Shown here piece by piece: positions 1-12,934 of a stretch of DNA of 64,000 nucleotides. The stretch lies in the NCBI RefSeq assembly GCF_006345805.1, contig NC_043002.1, forward strand, positions 119,164,001 through 119,228,000, given 5' to 3'. Each line of letters starts with the position of its first letter. The stretch's first letter is position 1. Position numbers and translations under genes: made by a program. The notes below the pieces were generated by a model. That model made no database searches and was not told where the DNA came from. It saw nothing but the letters and a program-made list of their open reading frames with translations. The DNA is from Octopus sinensis (taxonomy: Eukaryota).

Positions 1-29
1 GCACACAACTTCTCTTTTATATATAAAGA
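1..29 (-). mobile_element. 5' terminus of a non-autonomous Helitron, cut by the window edge
   Basis: Reverse complement reads A|TCTTTATATATAAAAGAGAAG, the same as the 5' end of the full copy at 28302. Confidence 0.75.
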
Positions 30-229
30 TTTCCAGTCTGCTGCACAGTTATTATATTAGTATTTTAGTGGTTATCAATTTTTTTAATTTCCAGCCAGCT
101 GAAGAGGTTAGCTTGTTGGACTCACCGCAGGGATACAACAAAAGCTTGTAAATGCTTATCGGCGAATGGCCACTGCCAGATTTCAAAGTGTTAATAGATA
201 TTCTATGCAACTATAGAATAGTTATATAA

Positions 230-460
230 GGCGGCGAGCTGGTAGAACCGTTAGCACGCCGGGCGAATGTTTAGCGATATTTCGTCTGCCGTTACGTTCT
301 GAGTTCAAATTCCGCTGAGGTCGACTTTGCCTTTTATCCTTTCGGGGTCGATAAATTAAGAACCAGTTACGCACTAGGGTCGACTTAATCGACTTAATCC
401 GTTTGTTTGTCGTTGTTTGTCCCCTCTGTGTTTAGCCCCTTGTGGGTAGTAAAGAAATAG
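230..460 (+). mobile_element. tRNA-derived SINE family B, full length, with TSD
   Basis: GGCGGCGAGCTGG head, GAGTTCAAATTCC B-box and ...GCCCCTTGTGGGTAGTAAAGAAATAG tail. Direct repeat AATAGATATTCTATGCAACTATA at 193-215 and 456-478. Confidence 0.9.
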
Positions 461-539
461 ATATTCTATGCAACTATAAAGGCGCAAACACTATGGAATC
501 GAGGGTTATGAATGATATCGGACATCTGCGCTATCCACC

Positions 540-915
540 ATGAACCAAAAAGTACTGTTCCACAAATCCGCTTTATCCACCCCTCCATCCCTCCATCTCA
601 TGTTCAGCTACACCCAAAGCCTGAATCCACTTAGGAAGGTTCTCTGTAAAACCCATGCACTCAATCTCCTTTCTCTACAGCTCTGCATGCCATCTATTTT
701 CTTTACACACTTCCACCCACTTTGCATACTTTCACGCCTCCTTCTCATTCGTTCCCTTCATCTTCGTCTCTCACGACACAGTTGACTAACTCAGTGGTTA
801 CCACACAACGGAATATCTGTAGCAGATGAAATCTCAACGTTGTGATGTTTTCACCATAACTGCTAGCCTCGTCTGCTTCCATTTTCCATACTCTAAAACC
901 TCCCAGTCATCTGCA
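540..915 (-). mobile_element. Hero-like (R2 superfamily) non-LTR retrotransposon, decayed C-terminal restriction-like endonuclease fragment
   Basis: Minus-strand translation across frameshifts gives ADDWE...TSQR*D...TVS*ETKM...EKEA*KYAKWVEVCKENRW...IECMGF. This matches the RPD/ELTVPWE/KY..L..C...GW/EVGCRGF pattern. Confidence 0.6.
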
Positions 916-1559
916 ACTGTTAATAATAAAACGGGAAGTACACACTTTCTGTCTCTTTTCTTTTACCTTAATTTCTAAATTTGACTTGGAATACGCACGC
1001 ACAATCATACACATCTCTGTGTCTCTGTGTACACACTGGAGATACACATGTATATCAAGAGAATGATTTGATGTTTGAAAGAATGACAGTCCTGCTGTTG
1101 TATCTGATTGCCACTGATTGGGAAAAAGAAGAGACGTGTAGCAATTGTCACGGAGTATCAACGATGTCTTTATGAACCTGGTGAAATCAGATCTGAGAAC
1201 ATTGGCGATCTACAAATGAAGTGACAGACTATAAAGACAATTCAGAGAAATACTGTGTTGGAGGCCAACTATGGATTACGTTCGCCTGGGCAAAACCAAA
1301 ATCAAAGCCTCCACATCTTGTTTTCTTAACCTCTTAAATTGTTGTTGGCATCCTTTTTGTCTCGGGAGACAATGGAGTTGCGCATAAAGTAGTCTAGTCC
1401 GGCTTTTACATTAAATTGTAGGCGGGGTGTAAAATATCTTTTCCCCCAAAACTGTGAAAATTTCGATCCAGTCGATTCAAATTAACAAACATTTCGCTAT
1501 GACGTAACGTAATTATTCTGTTCATTGTATCGACAAGACTCTCGGCTGTTTATATACAT

Positions 1560-1895
1560 TGCTGGTCACAATTCACTTCAATCATTCTCTTCTATCTTGA
1601 TCCAAATCGTTTAACTAAATCATCTTCCCATCGTGGTGGATACCTTTTGAGTAGTTTTTCCGATCTCTTAGCTGCCACTTGAGTTCACTTGTTTGTGATC
1701 TTTGCGATTTGTTCAGCACAGGGAAACTTACCCTTTCGGTATTCCGCAAATACGTCGTTCACTCCACTTCGTTCTCGAATTCTCATTTCCAGTATGCTCT
1801 CGCTATGGTATTCCTAGCATGAATCTTTTCACAGCACTTTGCGTCGTAGCCAATCGATGTTCTTCCCTCTTCGTAGTTACATAAGTTTCATTCGC
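1560..1895 (-). mobile_element. RTE-clade LINE 3' fragment, decayed
   Basis: Minus strand gives RFMLGI...IRERSGVNDVFAEYRKGKF...PPRWEDDLVKRFGS, the typical RTE post-RT region. Confidence 0.7.
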
Positions 1896-3699
1896 ATATA
1901 AGAGCGAAGATAAGACGGTACGACTGATGAGTTTGGCATGTGTGGTCTTGTGCAGCTTTGCTTTAAGTATATCCTTTACAGAACTAAACGCCTCCTATCC
2001 TCCTCTTTCTCTTCGACAATTTGGCATCCATTATTCTGATATATTTTTATATCAGAAAATAGGGAAAATAGAATTTTCTGAAAAGGAAAGATTTTGGAAG
2101 ATTACTAGCTCGGAAAGATTCTCTTATGACATAAAGGTTAATTTTCTCAACATAATTACAGGCTTACATGATTGACAACGAATTTATTTTGTGATCACCA
2201 AACATAATTTCGATATTCTTCACGAATATCATCGGAATCGTAATAACTGAATTTTGTGACATTCGTGTCAGTTTTCCTGTTAGCGTATATGTACATTACT
2301 ACCTATATACATACACAGACAAACACAGCGACCAACCTACCCAACACACACACACAATTTTATTTGTGCATATATAGATATTTATATATGTATCTGAGTT
2401 TGATCTTATATAAATGTATGATTGTCTTTATACTAGATTTTATAATGTAACGGTATTTTATATATCCTATTTACTAATTATTATCATCCTTATTTAAAAT
2501 TCTCGTCCTCCTGTACATGTTGGATTCTGGTTACTCTTGATTATGGTGAAATAGTCACGTCCACATTTGAAAGAATGTTATTAGTTGGTTTGTATAACAA
2601 GAAATCGCAGAGTGTTTTTACTAGATACCTATCGAGTCGAGGATTATAGATGATATCCATAATCTTTGGTAAGCAGGAACCTATTAATTTGTAATCACTA
2701 TTTACTGTTGGAATATCAACAGAGCCTGTTTGTGAAGTGGAGGAAATAAACAGCCGCAAGATATCCACAGAATTATTTTACTCTTCGATAGAAGTTTGTC
2801 GGGAATCTTATTTCGATGTTAGCCAATTTCAGTAACTTCAAGCCATAAGATAATTGTAAAATATCTGTTATTTTGCTACGTAACTGCATAGACACTCATG
2901 TTCACTGCCCGTTGTCAATAAAATAACTACCAGTCAAATACATATTAAAGAAACAGAAACTATGACATCATGACAGCAAAAGATACAGTTGTGGTATTAT
3001 GAACTGGCAACTGTCATGGAGGTTGTCTTGGTTAGATCAAATCTGATGTCACAATATGAAGATGTTTGGTGATACACTGTTTGGAGACTAACAATAAAGT
3101 AAGTTAGTATAAAAACAAACATTAAAGCAATGATGACAATAGCAACTCTGATGTTGATAGTCATGAAAATGCTCATAGCCATAAAGATAAAGTGAGAAGC
3201 AATGCAATTTTATACATATAAATTTATACGAATATTTGGTGCTTTTGGTGAATCAATTTTTCTCATATCTAGTTCAGTTTCTTAAAAATGGAAGCTTGAC
3301 CGCTATGTACGAACTATATCTGCCAACATTATGAAGTAACTCCAAGCCCTCAGAAATAACTGTCGGACTTGTAACGCCTTCTCTCCTCTAATTCTTTGAG
3401 TGTTTGTAATCTGAGTAAGTTTGCTCTATATATAATATATAATATATATATATATGTATATATATATATAAACTTGATTGCTAATCATCTGAAAATTTTA
3501 AGTCTGCCTTCTCCTTTTACACGAACTCGTAAGTTAGCAATCGTAGAGAGGTGAAAAAGAAATTTGGCTGTCGCTGGATTTGAGTTAATAGAGCAATGGA
3601 CAGTAATTCAATAGTGCACTGCATTCTGTATTTCTGTCAAATGGTGGGAAACTCTCAAAAGAGCTGAACAGCAGAAGAAGGTTTCCAGAGAAGAAACCC

Positions 3700-4500
3700 G
3701 CCCCAGAAAGTGTTTCGGACCTTAACTTCTTATACTCTAAGGGAGACGGGCTGCATCCAGGTCATGACTCCTGGATGTCCTTCTGAAGACACTTTCTAGC
3801 CACTTGGATATCGGAAATCTGTGCATGGAGGTTTCTTATACTTGTAACTCTTTTCCGTTGACTTAGCTTTCAAACTTCTACTGAAAGAAGAAATAACGTT
3901 GTCATGGTAGCGGTGAAACGTCAACGCAATCACAATGACTCAGTCAGAGTTACTTCCCTTAGCATTAAAACACAAAAATATTACCTTCAAGCGGTATGAG
4001 GGTCGTTTTGTTCCTCCTAGACCAGACCCAGCTGGAGTACCTCTCCGCTGTTTCTGATATTGCCTTTAAGAAGTTAATCCTGTTTTCGCCAGTGATTGAG
4101 AGTTGTTTCATTAGATCGTAAGTAGATTTGCCCATAAAACCTCTGACTCCAACCTTTATGTTGGCCACACTGGCATATTTTTGAACACGTGTGCTTCTAT
4201 TCTACTTTCAAATGGCGCGGTGAGTTCAATGAAAATCAGTTGCTTTGATAAGCTGGAATGGAATACGATATCCGGTCTCTCGACACTATTCCTGATGCCT
4301 TCTGGTTGTTTTGTTGATCCTGCCGAGTACTCTCAGTCATCCGCACCACCTAGACAACTCAATTCCTGTGTCTCCTATGCTGTTCCTCGCTATGATTTGC
4401 TGCCCCCTGCCGTGTAGAATGTTGTTGGAAATTCTGGTTTTCCCCTGGCCATAATACTTTAATTGTGGCATGTCAATCATAAACATTCTCTGAGTTCAAT
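3700..4500 (-). mobile_element. Hero-like non-LTR retrotransposon 3' fragment (REL endonuclease plus probable 3' UTR)
   Basis: RPDIVFHSSLSKQLIFIELTAPFESRIEAH, followed by IKVGVRGFMGKSTYDLMKQLSITG...AISETAERYSSWVWSRR* (ORF 3965-4168). The UTR extent is uncertain. Confidence 0.75.
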
Positions 4501-4528
4501 TCCCACCAGGTCGATTTAAACATTTATC

Positions 4529-4760
4529 TAGTTCTTTACTACCCACAAGGGGCTAAGCAGAGAGAGGACAAACAAGGACAGACAAACGGATTAAGTCGAT
4601 TATATCGACCCCAGTGCGTAACTGGTACTTAATTTATCGACCCCCGAAAGGATGAAAGGCAAAGTTGACCTCGGCGGAATTTGAACTCAGAACGTAACGG
4701 CAGACGAAATACGCCTACGCATTTCGCCCGGCATGCTAACGATTCTGCCAGCTCGCCGCC
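4529..4760 (-). mobile_element. SINE family B, full length, with TSD
   Basis: Same head and tail as 230-460. 16-bp TSD GATTTAAACATTTATC at 4513-4528 and 4761-4776. Confidence 0.9.
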
Positions 4761-5349
4761 GATTTAAACATTTATCGTTTTATGGTTGTTTAATACGAAG
4801 TAACTGAGAAATCAATATAATGTGAAAGTTTCTAAACGGAATTTTGTTCTAGTTTTTTCTTCCAAATAAAAATAAATCGTTCTTCTTTAAATATTAATAC
4901 ATCATTTAAAACGGAGGTGCGTTTCTCTCTTGAAATGTTCCTGTAATAACGTAATGATATTCACATTTTCTGAATAAAATCATCCTTGTTTACTGTATAT
5001 CCACAAATTCGACTACTTCTGCAAAGACCAGCATTAGAAATTCTATAAGCTCTGTCTTGTCCATTAAATTGAAGACATCATTTAGATAAATTCTCCCAAC
5101 GGCAGTATGATAGATAGACAACACAATCTACAACCACTAAATACTTTTAGACATTTCACACGAAAGCCATCACAATCTAAACAGAATCGTGTCATACCCT
5201 CGTAAGGTATTTTTCTAAGCATATACGCACTGAACCGCACAAATACACTTACATTTGTATATTTACGTATGTGTATGTAAGTACGAGAGAAAAATAAAAC
5301 AAACAAATAATGGCTTGATGTTTATAAAAGAAACATCTGTGATTTATAT

Positions 5350-5960
<611 letters not shown>

Positions 5961-6339
5961 AGTATCTTCTACTAAACTCATTCACAAAGCACTGGTCGGC
6001 CTGGCTCTATAATTCGTGACCCAAGATGCATTGCAGTGCGAGTGAATCCAAAATCACGTGGTTGCAAAGCAAGTTTCTAAACCATATAACAATGTATGCT
6101 TTGTTTTGTAACTTAGAAAGGAAATTGCAATTTTTTTTATATGAGAAAAGCAAAACAAAACTATGAACTTTGCTACTTTGAAAAAAAACAAAACAGACTT
6201 CACACCAATGAGGAAAATCATTAGAAACATGAAGATGTTGGTAATGCTTATACGGGTGTGATTATGGTTGTTTCTGTAGGGATAATGAGGATGTGGATGA
6301 AAAATAAGGGGATATATTTTGATACTAATTATTTACATT

Positions 6340-6640
6340 ATTCAAATTCCGACTTTGCCTTTCATCTTTTCGGGTCAATAAAATTGAGCACTAGGATCGA
6401 TGTAATCGACTTATCCCCTCCCTCGAACTTGTTGGCCTTGTGCCTATAATAGAAAAAAGATTATTTAAATCATAAAGACGGCAGAATGGTTTGAACGTCG
6501 GACAACATGCTTAGCAACAGACTTTGCCTTTCGTCCTTCCGAGGTTGACGAAAGAAGTACCAGTCGAGCACTGGGCTCAATGTAATCGACTTACCCACTA
6601 TCCTTATATTGCTGGCCTTGTGCCTATCATAGAAATGATT
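6340..6640 (+). mobile_element. Two truncated, diverged SINE family B-type fragments
   Basis: GACTTTGCCTTT...GATGTAATCGACTTA motifs occur twice in tandem. Confidence 0.7.
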
Positions 6641-6719
6641 ATTACTTTTACTATTCTACATCTTCAGTTCTTGTAAATGAGAGTTGGTGCTTTCGTTAAA
6701 GTAGTTGTTTTTAAATCTA

Positions 6720-7068
6720 TTGGGTTATCAGAAAAATTCCAACACGAAAAATATTTTTATTGTAGTGTTGTATGTACCCTCCGTATTTTCCTTAAGATTA
6801 TCACCTTTTTCAGTTGCTGTCCAACAGTCTGCGAGATGTTTCGTTCAACAACGACGTGGAGTTGGAAAGATGACGATGAACTTCGAGTCAAAACTAGGTG
6901 ATTTCTACCGTCAAGGCATTGACAAGCTGGTTGAAAGTTGACAACGGGCGTGAACAATGGAGAGAATATAATATTGATTGAGTTGTTAAAATTGTTGATG
7001 AAAAATAAGGATTAAAAAAATGAAAAGAAAAAAGAAAAAAGAAAAAGATCGAATTTATGACAAACCTA
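6720..7068 (+). mobile_element. Internally deleted mariner (DD34D) element
   Basis: TA then TTGGGTTATCAGAAAAATT left TIR, and a degenerate right TIR GAATTTATGACAAACCTAG. Coding remnant DYHLFQLLSNSLRDVSFNND...SKLGDFYRQGIDKLVES* is a mariner C-terminus. Confidence 0.75.
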
Positions 7069-7175
7069 GTTTGTTAAATACTTTATCAACCCTTGATGTT
7101 TGAAACACAAATTGGTCATTAGGAGTTTGAACTAACAACAGCAAGAGTCCTTTCTACTATCGACACATTTTTTTT

Positions 7176-7574
7176 CTTTTCTTTTGTTTCAGTCATTTTG
7201 ACTGCGGCCATGCTGGAGCACCGACTTTAATCGAGCAACTCGACCCCGGGACTTATTCTTTGTAAGCCCAGTACTTATTCTATCGGTGTCTTTTGCCGAA
7301 CCGCTAAGTGACGGGGACATAAACACACCAGCATCGGTTGTCAAGCAATGCTAGGGGGACAAACACAGACACACAAACATACACGCACATACATATATAT
7401 ACATATATACGACGGGCTTCTTTCAGTTTCCGTCTACCAAATCCACTCACAAGGCATTGGTCGGCCCGAGGCTATAGTAGAAGACACTTGCCCAAGGTGC
7501 CACGCAGTGGGACTGAACCCGGAACCATGTGGTTGGTAAACAAGCTACTTACCACACAGCCACTCCTGCGCCTA
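7176..7574 (-). mobile_element. SINE family A, full length
   Basis: Collinear with 5350-5738. The 5' end reads TAGGCGCAGGAGTGG on the minus strand. Confidence 0.9.
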
Positions 7575-7589
7575 ACATTTTTTAGAAGC

Positions 7590-7965
7590 GGGATAGCCAA
7601 TTAGCGCAACCCCATTGTTCAACTGGTACATATTTTAACGACCACGAAAGGCTGAAAGGAAAAGTCGATCTCGGCAGAATTAGAACTCAGGACGTAAAGC
7701 CGGACGAAATGCTGCTAGGCATTTGGTCCGGCATTCTAACAAAGCTTAAATATCATTTTCCTTTCTATTATAGGCACAAGACCTGAAATGTTTTTTGGGA
7801 GGAAACTAGCCGATTAAATCGATCCCAGTGCTTCACCGGTACTTAAATTTATCGATCCCGAAAGGGTAAAAGCCGAAGTTGACCTTGGCGGAATTTGAAC
7901 TCAGAACGTAAGGACGGACGAAATGCCGATTGGCGCTAATGATTCTGCCTGCTCACCACCGAAAG
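7590..7965 (-). mobile_element. Two diverged SINE family B copies
   Basis: GGCGGAATTTGAACTCAGAACG and GCCAGCTCGCC-like motifs at about 7590-7745 and 7770-7965. Confidence 0.75.
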
Positions 7966-8140
7966 CTTAAATATAATATAAAGCATTTTATCCTGTCATT
8001 CTGTTTAATCTGCGCGAACGTCAGTCCTAAAGAATTTCTACTATTGAACCATGGCAAATAATTATGTTTATAAAGTGATGAAACACTAAGCGAAATCTTA
8101 ATTTTTAATAGAGAAGAAAAAAAGGTATTTGGTTATTTAG

Positions 8141-8356
8141 TTACTCTTTACTCTTTACTCTTTTACTTGTTTCAGTCATTTGACTGCGGCCATGCTGGAG
8201 CACCGCCTTTAATCGAGCAAATCGACTTGAGGACTTATTCATTTGTAAGCCTAGTACTTATTCTATCGGTGTCTTTTGCCGAACCGCTAAGTGACGGGGA
8301 CGTAAACACACCAGCATCGGTTGTCAAGCAATGCTAGGGGCACAAACACAGACACA

Positions 8357-8422
<66 letters not shown>

Positions 8423-8600
8423 AATACATATATACGACAGGCTTCTTTCAGTTTCCGTCTACCAAATCCACTCACAAGGCATTGGTCGGCCCGAGGCTAT
8501 AGCAGAAGACACTTGCCCAAAATGCCACACAGTGGGACTGAACCCGGAACCATGTGGTTGGTTAGCAAGCTACTTACCACACAGCCACTCCTGCGCCTAT
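8141..8600 (-). mobile_element. SINE family A with expanded internal (CA)n
   Basis: Full-length match to the other family A copies. Confidence 0.9.
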
Positions 8601-9016
8601 AGTTGTGTAACTTAAACTTCAGTTGCTACTGAGGTCAGTTCATTCATCTTTTTGTGGGAAGATAAAATAAATATCAGTCTTGTACAAGGTTTGAGTTAAT
8701 CGAGTATAACACTTCCCTATAGATTGTTGGCCAAGGTTCGAATTATGAAATAGATATGATTTAATATTTTCTATTTTCTGTGTGGCATTTCCAACAAGGT
8801 TTAGATTAGTGGCTCTATCGACTTTCGTTACTTAATCCAATATACCTTTCACATCTAACTTATAAATTTCCGGTCTTCTGTATCAAAAACAAATCATTTT
8901 CTTCCAATGTTTTCAAAATGAGAAATAATCCGTTATGATGTCATTAAGATAGATTACACACATACAAGCTTACATTGGTGTGCAGATATACACACATGTA
9001 TGCGCGCGCATATAAA

Positions 9017-9428
9017 TAGACGCAGAAGTGGCTGTGTGGTAAGTAGCTTTCTAACCAACCACATGGTTCGGGTTCAGTCCCACTGCGTGGCATCTTGGGC
9101 AAGTGTCTTCTGTTATAGCCCCGAGCCGACCAATGCCTTGTGAGTGGATTTGGTAAACGGAAACTGAAAGAAGCCTGTCGTATATATGTATATATATATA
9201 AGTGTGTGTGTATATGTTTGTGTGTCTGTGTTTGTCCCCCTAGCATTGCTTGACAACAATGCTGGTGTGTTTACGTCCCCGTCACTTAGCGGTTCGGCAA
9301 AAGAGACCGATAGAATAAGTACTGGGCTTACAAAGAATAAGTCCCGGGGTCGATTTGCTCGACTAAAGACGGTGCTCCAGCATGGCCACAGTCAAATGAC
9401 TGAAACAAGTAAAAGAGTAAAGAGAGTA
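9017..9428 (+). mobile_element. SINE family A, full length
   Basis: Head GCAGAAGTGGCTGTGTGG through tail AAGTAAAAGAGTAAAAGAG. Confidence 0.9.
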
Positions 9429-9785
9429 AATATGAAAATAAAAAGTTTTACTTCTGAAAAATGCTTGGGAGTTTTACTTGTTTGAAATATTTCTTTTATA
9501 ACGGAATAACTGTCACATGTTCATAACCAGACTTTATATATTATAATGTGTCATGCAATAAGTCAGTAGATACCAAAAATGGGAGTTCTACAGACTGTAT
9601 TTTGCCTATCAATTCTAAGACAGGGAAAATATATGCTTCTGACCAATTTTGTTGATAGAAAATAAAATTAGTCTACACTCATCAAATACACTTTAAGGAA
9701 ATTTAACCTCTCTCATGCTTGCGCCGAGCAAACTTTCATTGATTCCCACTTCAGTCCGCTGTCCAACCAGTCGATTTCTATGTAT

Positions 9786-10720
9786 AAAATCTTTATTATG
9801 ACTATAAAAATCGTTACAAAGATAGGACATTACAGTACAAAACATAATTACAAAAAAGTTATGTAGCTCGTTTGATATTTACAGATGTTGAGTATTAATT
9901 ATAATACTAGACTTCACTTTTCTCACCCTTTTTTTTAAAAAATAAATTTGGCCGGATAAGTATATCACAGTATAGATTGTTACCCGACAGCCTAAAAGCC
10001 CAGAGACTATTTTCTTCTTTCATGATGACTAAGCAGGGTTACTCACACCCACCTTTTTTATCACATCCTTCCATCGATTCACATACTTTTTCTGTGTCAG
10101 GTTCCTCTTCTCCAAATCCATCTTGCTCTTCAGATGGTGTCGTCTGTAACCTTGCAACAAAAGGGAAAGTAAGTCTGTAACCGACTTGAAGACAGATTCA
10201 GGCACTCTATCATATTTCTGTGGTCCCATAAATAACTATGAAAATGGTTCACAAAGAGAACAATTGTTCATGGAATAATATTATTGTTGCTCAGGATCAT
10301 CACAGTAACATTTTTTTCTTGGTTTTTGGCACAACATAACTTTTTCTGCAACGCCATACTTCTGTTCTTCTCGAGATCATCATCATATATCGCGTACTTT
10401 TTTGCAGCGCGTTGATGACACTACAATGACAGTCTTCCCGATTAATTGCCAGTCCTCCCATCTGATGGGGCCATAGCATAACCTCGTTCTGACTTTCTCA
10501 TAGTGTTTTCTTGGTCGAGATATTGGTGTGACTTGCCATTGCTTTCCCCTACTGGATGGCCATTGGCCTACAAGGAACTCATCCACCTTTCGATAAGTCT
10601 TGTTTTTAGTCCTTCTTGGTGCCTAGACACAACCCTTAAAATTGTAGCAAGCTAATTAAATGGGAGAGTCGGTTTAGTCACCAACCACTCGACCAGGGAA
10701 CAGGTAGTACGGGTACGATT
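9786..10720 (-). mobile_element. L1/Tx1-clade LINE, decayed 3' end of ORF2 plus 3' UTR
   Basis: VRTRLCY/PHQMGGLAI resembles the post-RT 'VRRxxCYxxPxxGGLG' motif, and the C-terminal KYVNRWKDV resembles the 'FxxRW' ending. The UTR ends TGTAATGTCCTATCTTTGT...AATAAAGA. Confidence 0.6.
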
Positions 10721-11205
10721 AGTAGGTCTCATCGAGTCGGGTCAGAGATGTGTGTGTGTGTCTGTGTCTGTGTATCTGTATATGCATACGTGCGTGTGTG
10801 TGCGCGCGCACGTACGTAGGAAGAAACGCAGAATGAAGGTTCTTTCTGAATAGCAAATCCCACTTGAAGGGAACAAGATTTCTAGACGTCGAGGAAATAC
10901 AAGAGAATGAGACGAGGCAGCTACTCGCTATCGCAAAATAAGGAGTTCCAGGAATGCTTCCATTGATGGAAACAACGCTGGATAAAGTGTGTGGCTTCAG
11001 AAGGGGCCTACTTCGAAGGAGATTAAATACCGAATTCATATGTTGCAGTTTTCTTTTTGCAGCACCGGTCCCGATAATTTTTAATCAGACTTCGTATCTC
11101 AGTACCCAGATCTTATAAAATCCGGTTAATGTGTCACTCTTAGCATTACCATACTTTATCGCACATACTCTCGTACAGACACAATCTAACACACAATCAT
11201 ACATA

Positions 11206-11244
<39 letters not shown>

Positions 11245-11348
11245 ATGTGTGAGTTTAGTGATTAACTGTATATTATATTCATAGTTACAGAATCTTAAAA
11301 ATCTTTCATGGCCATCATTAAATCTCTTTTTGAAAGTTATAAATCATT

Positions 11349-11790
11349 ATAAGTGCTGGCGTAGCTGTGTGGTAAGAAGCTTCTTTCTCAACTACATGGT
11401 TCAAGGTTCAGTCTCACTGCGTGGCACCTTGCGCAAGTGTTTTCTAGTATAGCCTCGGGCCGACCAAAGCCTTGTGAGCGGATTTGGTAGACAGAAACTA
11501 AGAAGGCTGTCGTGTATGTATATATATATACACACACACACAAACATGCATGCGCGCGCGCGCGCGTGTGTGTATGAATGTGTGCAAGTGTGTGTGTGTG
11601 TCCCACCACTGCTTGACAATCAGTGCTGGTGTGTTTACGTCTACGTAACTTAGCGGCTCGGCTAAGTTACGTGGACGATAGAATGAGTACTAGGTTTAAA
11701 AAATAAATACTGGGGTCGATTCATTTGACTAAAAATTCTTGCAGACGGTGTCCCAGTATAGTCGCAGTCTAGTGACCGAAACAAGTAAAA
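11349..11790 (+). mobile_element. SINE family A, diverged
   Basis: GCTGTGTGGTAAGAAGCTT head, ACCTTGCGCAAGTG core and GAAACAAGTAAAA tail. Confidence 0.8.
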
Positions 11791-11956
11791 CAATAAAAGC
11801 TAAAAAGTAATTTAAATAAGAAAAAAAGAACAAAACAACAACAGCAAAAACAAACAACAACAAAAAAAAACAAGAAAGACAGCAAACATTTACCGACTGG
11901 AAAGCAAAGATTTTAGAGCTTTACTTGTTTGTAATGTTATTATTATGACGTCATAA

Positions 11957-12045
11957 GGTGGCGAGCTGGCACAATCGTTAGCATGCCGAAAAAATACTTG
12001 GTTGACGAAAACTGTGTGGAAGCCTCTCGTATATATGTATATATG

Positions 12046-12126
<81 letters not shown>

Positions 12127-12315
12127 ACGTGTTTTTGTGTTTCTCCCCCATCGCTTCAGAAACGGTGTTAGTTTACGTCTCCGTAACTTAGCGATTTCTG
12201 TAAAAGAGACCCATAGAATAAGTGCCCCTAAAAAACATAAATATTGGGGCTGATTTGGAGGTGCTCCAGTATGGCCGCAGCCCAATGACTGAAAGAAGTA
12301 AAAATAAAAGATATA
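11957..12315 (+). mobile_element. Chimeric SINE: family B head joined to a family A body with (GT)n
   Basis: GGTGGCGAGCTGGCACAATCGTTAGCATGCCG is followed directly by GACGAAAACTG...GAAGCC..CGTATATATG and the family A 3' half. Confidence 0.65.
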
Positions 12316-12369
12316 AAATTCAAAAAACTCATTCAAAACTCTTCGTACTCTGTATCTTTTCCAGCGCAT

Positions 12370-12830
12370 ATTGTCATGCAAAGCAATCGTTAGAACGTCG
12401 GATAAAATGCTTTACGCTTTTGCTTCGATTCTTTCGGTTTTGAGTTCAATTCCCGCCGATGTCATCGCTTTTCATTCTTTCGGGATCGATGAAATAAATA
12501 CCAGTTGAGCACTGGGGTCAATGTAATCGACTACTCCCCAGCCCCAAATTTCAGGCTTTGTGCCCACCGTAGAAAAGATTATTTTTATTATTAAAAGAAT
12601 GGACTGATGGAATTGCTAGAGCGTTGGAAAAATACCTGGCAGGCTTTGTTCTGGCTCTTCAGGTTCTGTGTTCAATTCACACCGAGGTAAACTTAATTTT
12701 TCCTCATTCAGCAGTCGACAAAGTAAAGCATCTGTCGAGTACTAGGTTTAATAGAAGCGATTTACCCCTCCCCTTCCACATTTCTGGAGTCGTGCCTATT
12801 TTAGAAACAATTACTATGATTAAAAAAGGC
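12370..12830 (+). mobile_element. Two tandem diverged SINE family B-type copies
   Basis: GAGTTCAATTCCCGCCGA...ATGTAATCGACT and GGTTCTGTGTTCAATTCACACCGAGG motifs. Confidence 0.7.
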
Positions 12831-12934
12831 AATGCCTTCGCAGAATCGTTAGGTTAGTGGTTTGATTACAAGTCTAACCGAGGTCCACTTTGTCTTTTAT
12901 CCTTTCTGAATCGATAAAACAAAGTACTAGTCAT

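Noticed and set aside
99-170. CTGAAGA here and at about 31190 (minus) and 52960 as hammerhead cores
   Set aside because: No correctly placed GAAA, stem III or stem I could be built.
7338-7604. Recurrent 'MSSNARGTNT...' and 'MFIERKHLKL...' ORFs
   Set aside because: They are incidental frames within SINE families A and C, recurring only because the SINEs recur.
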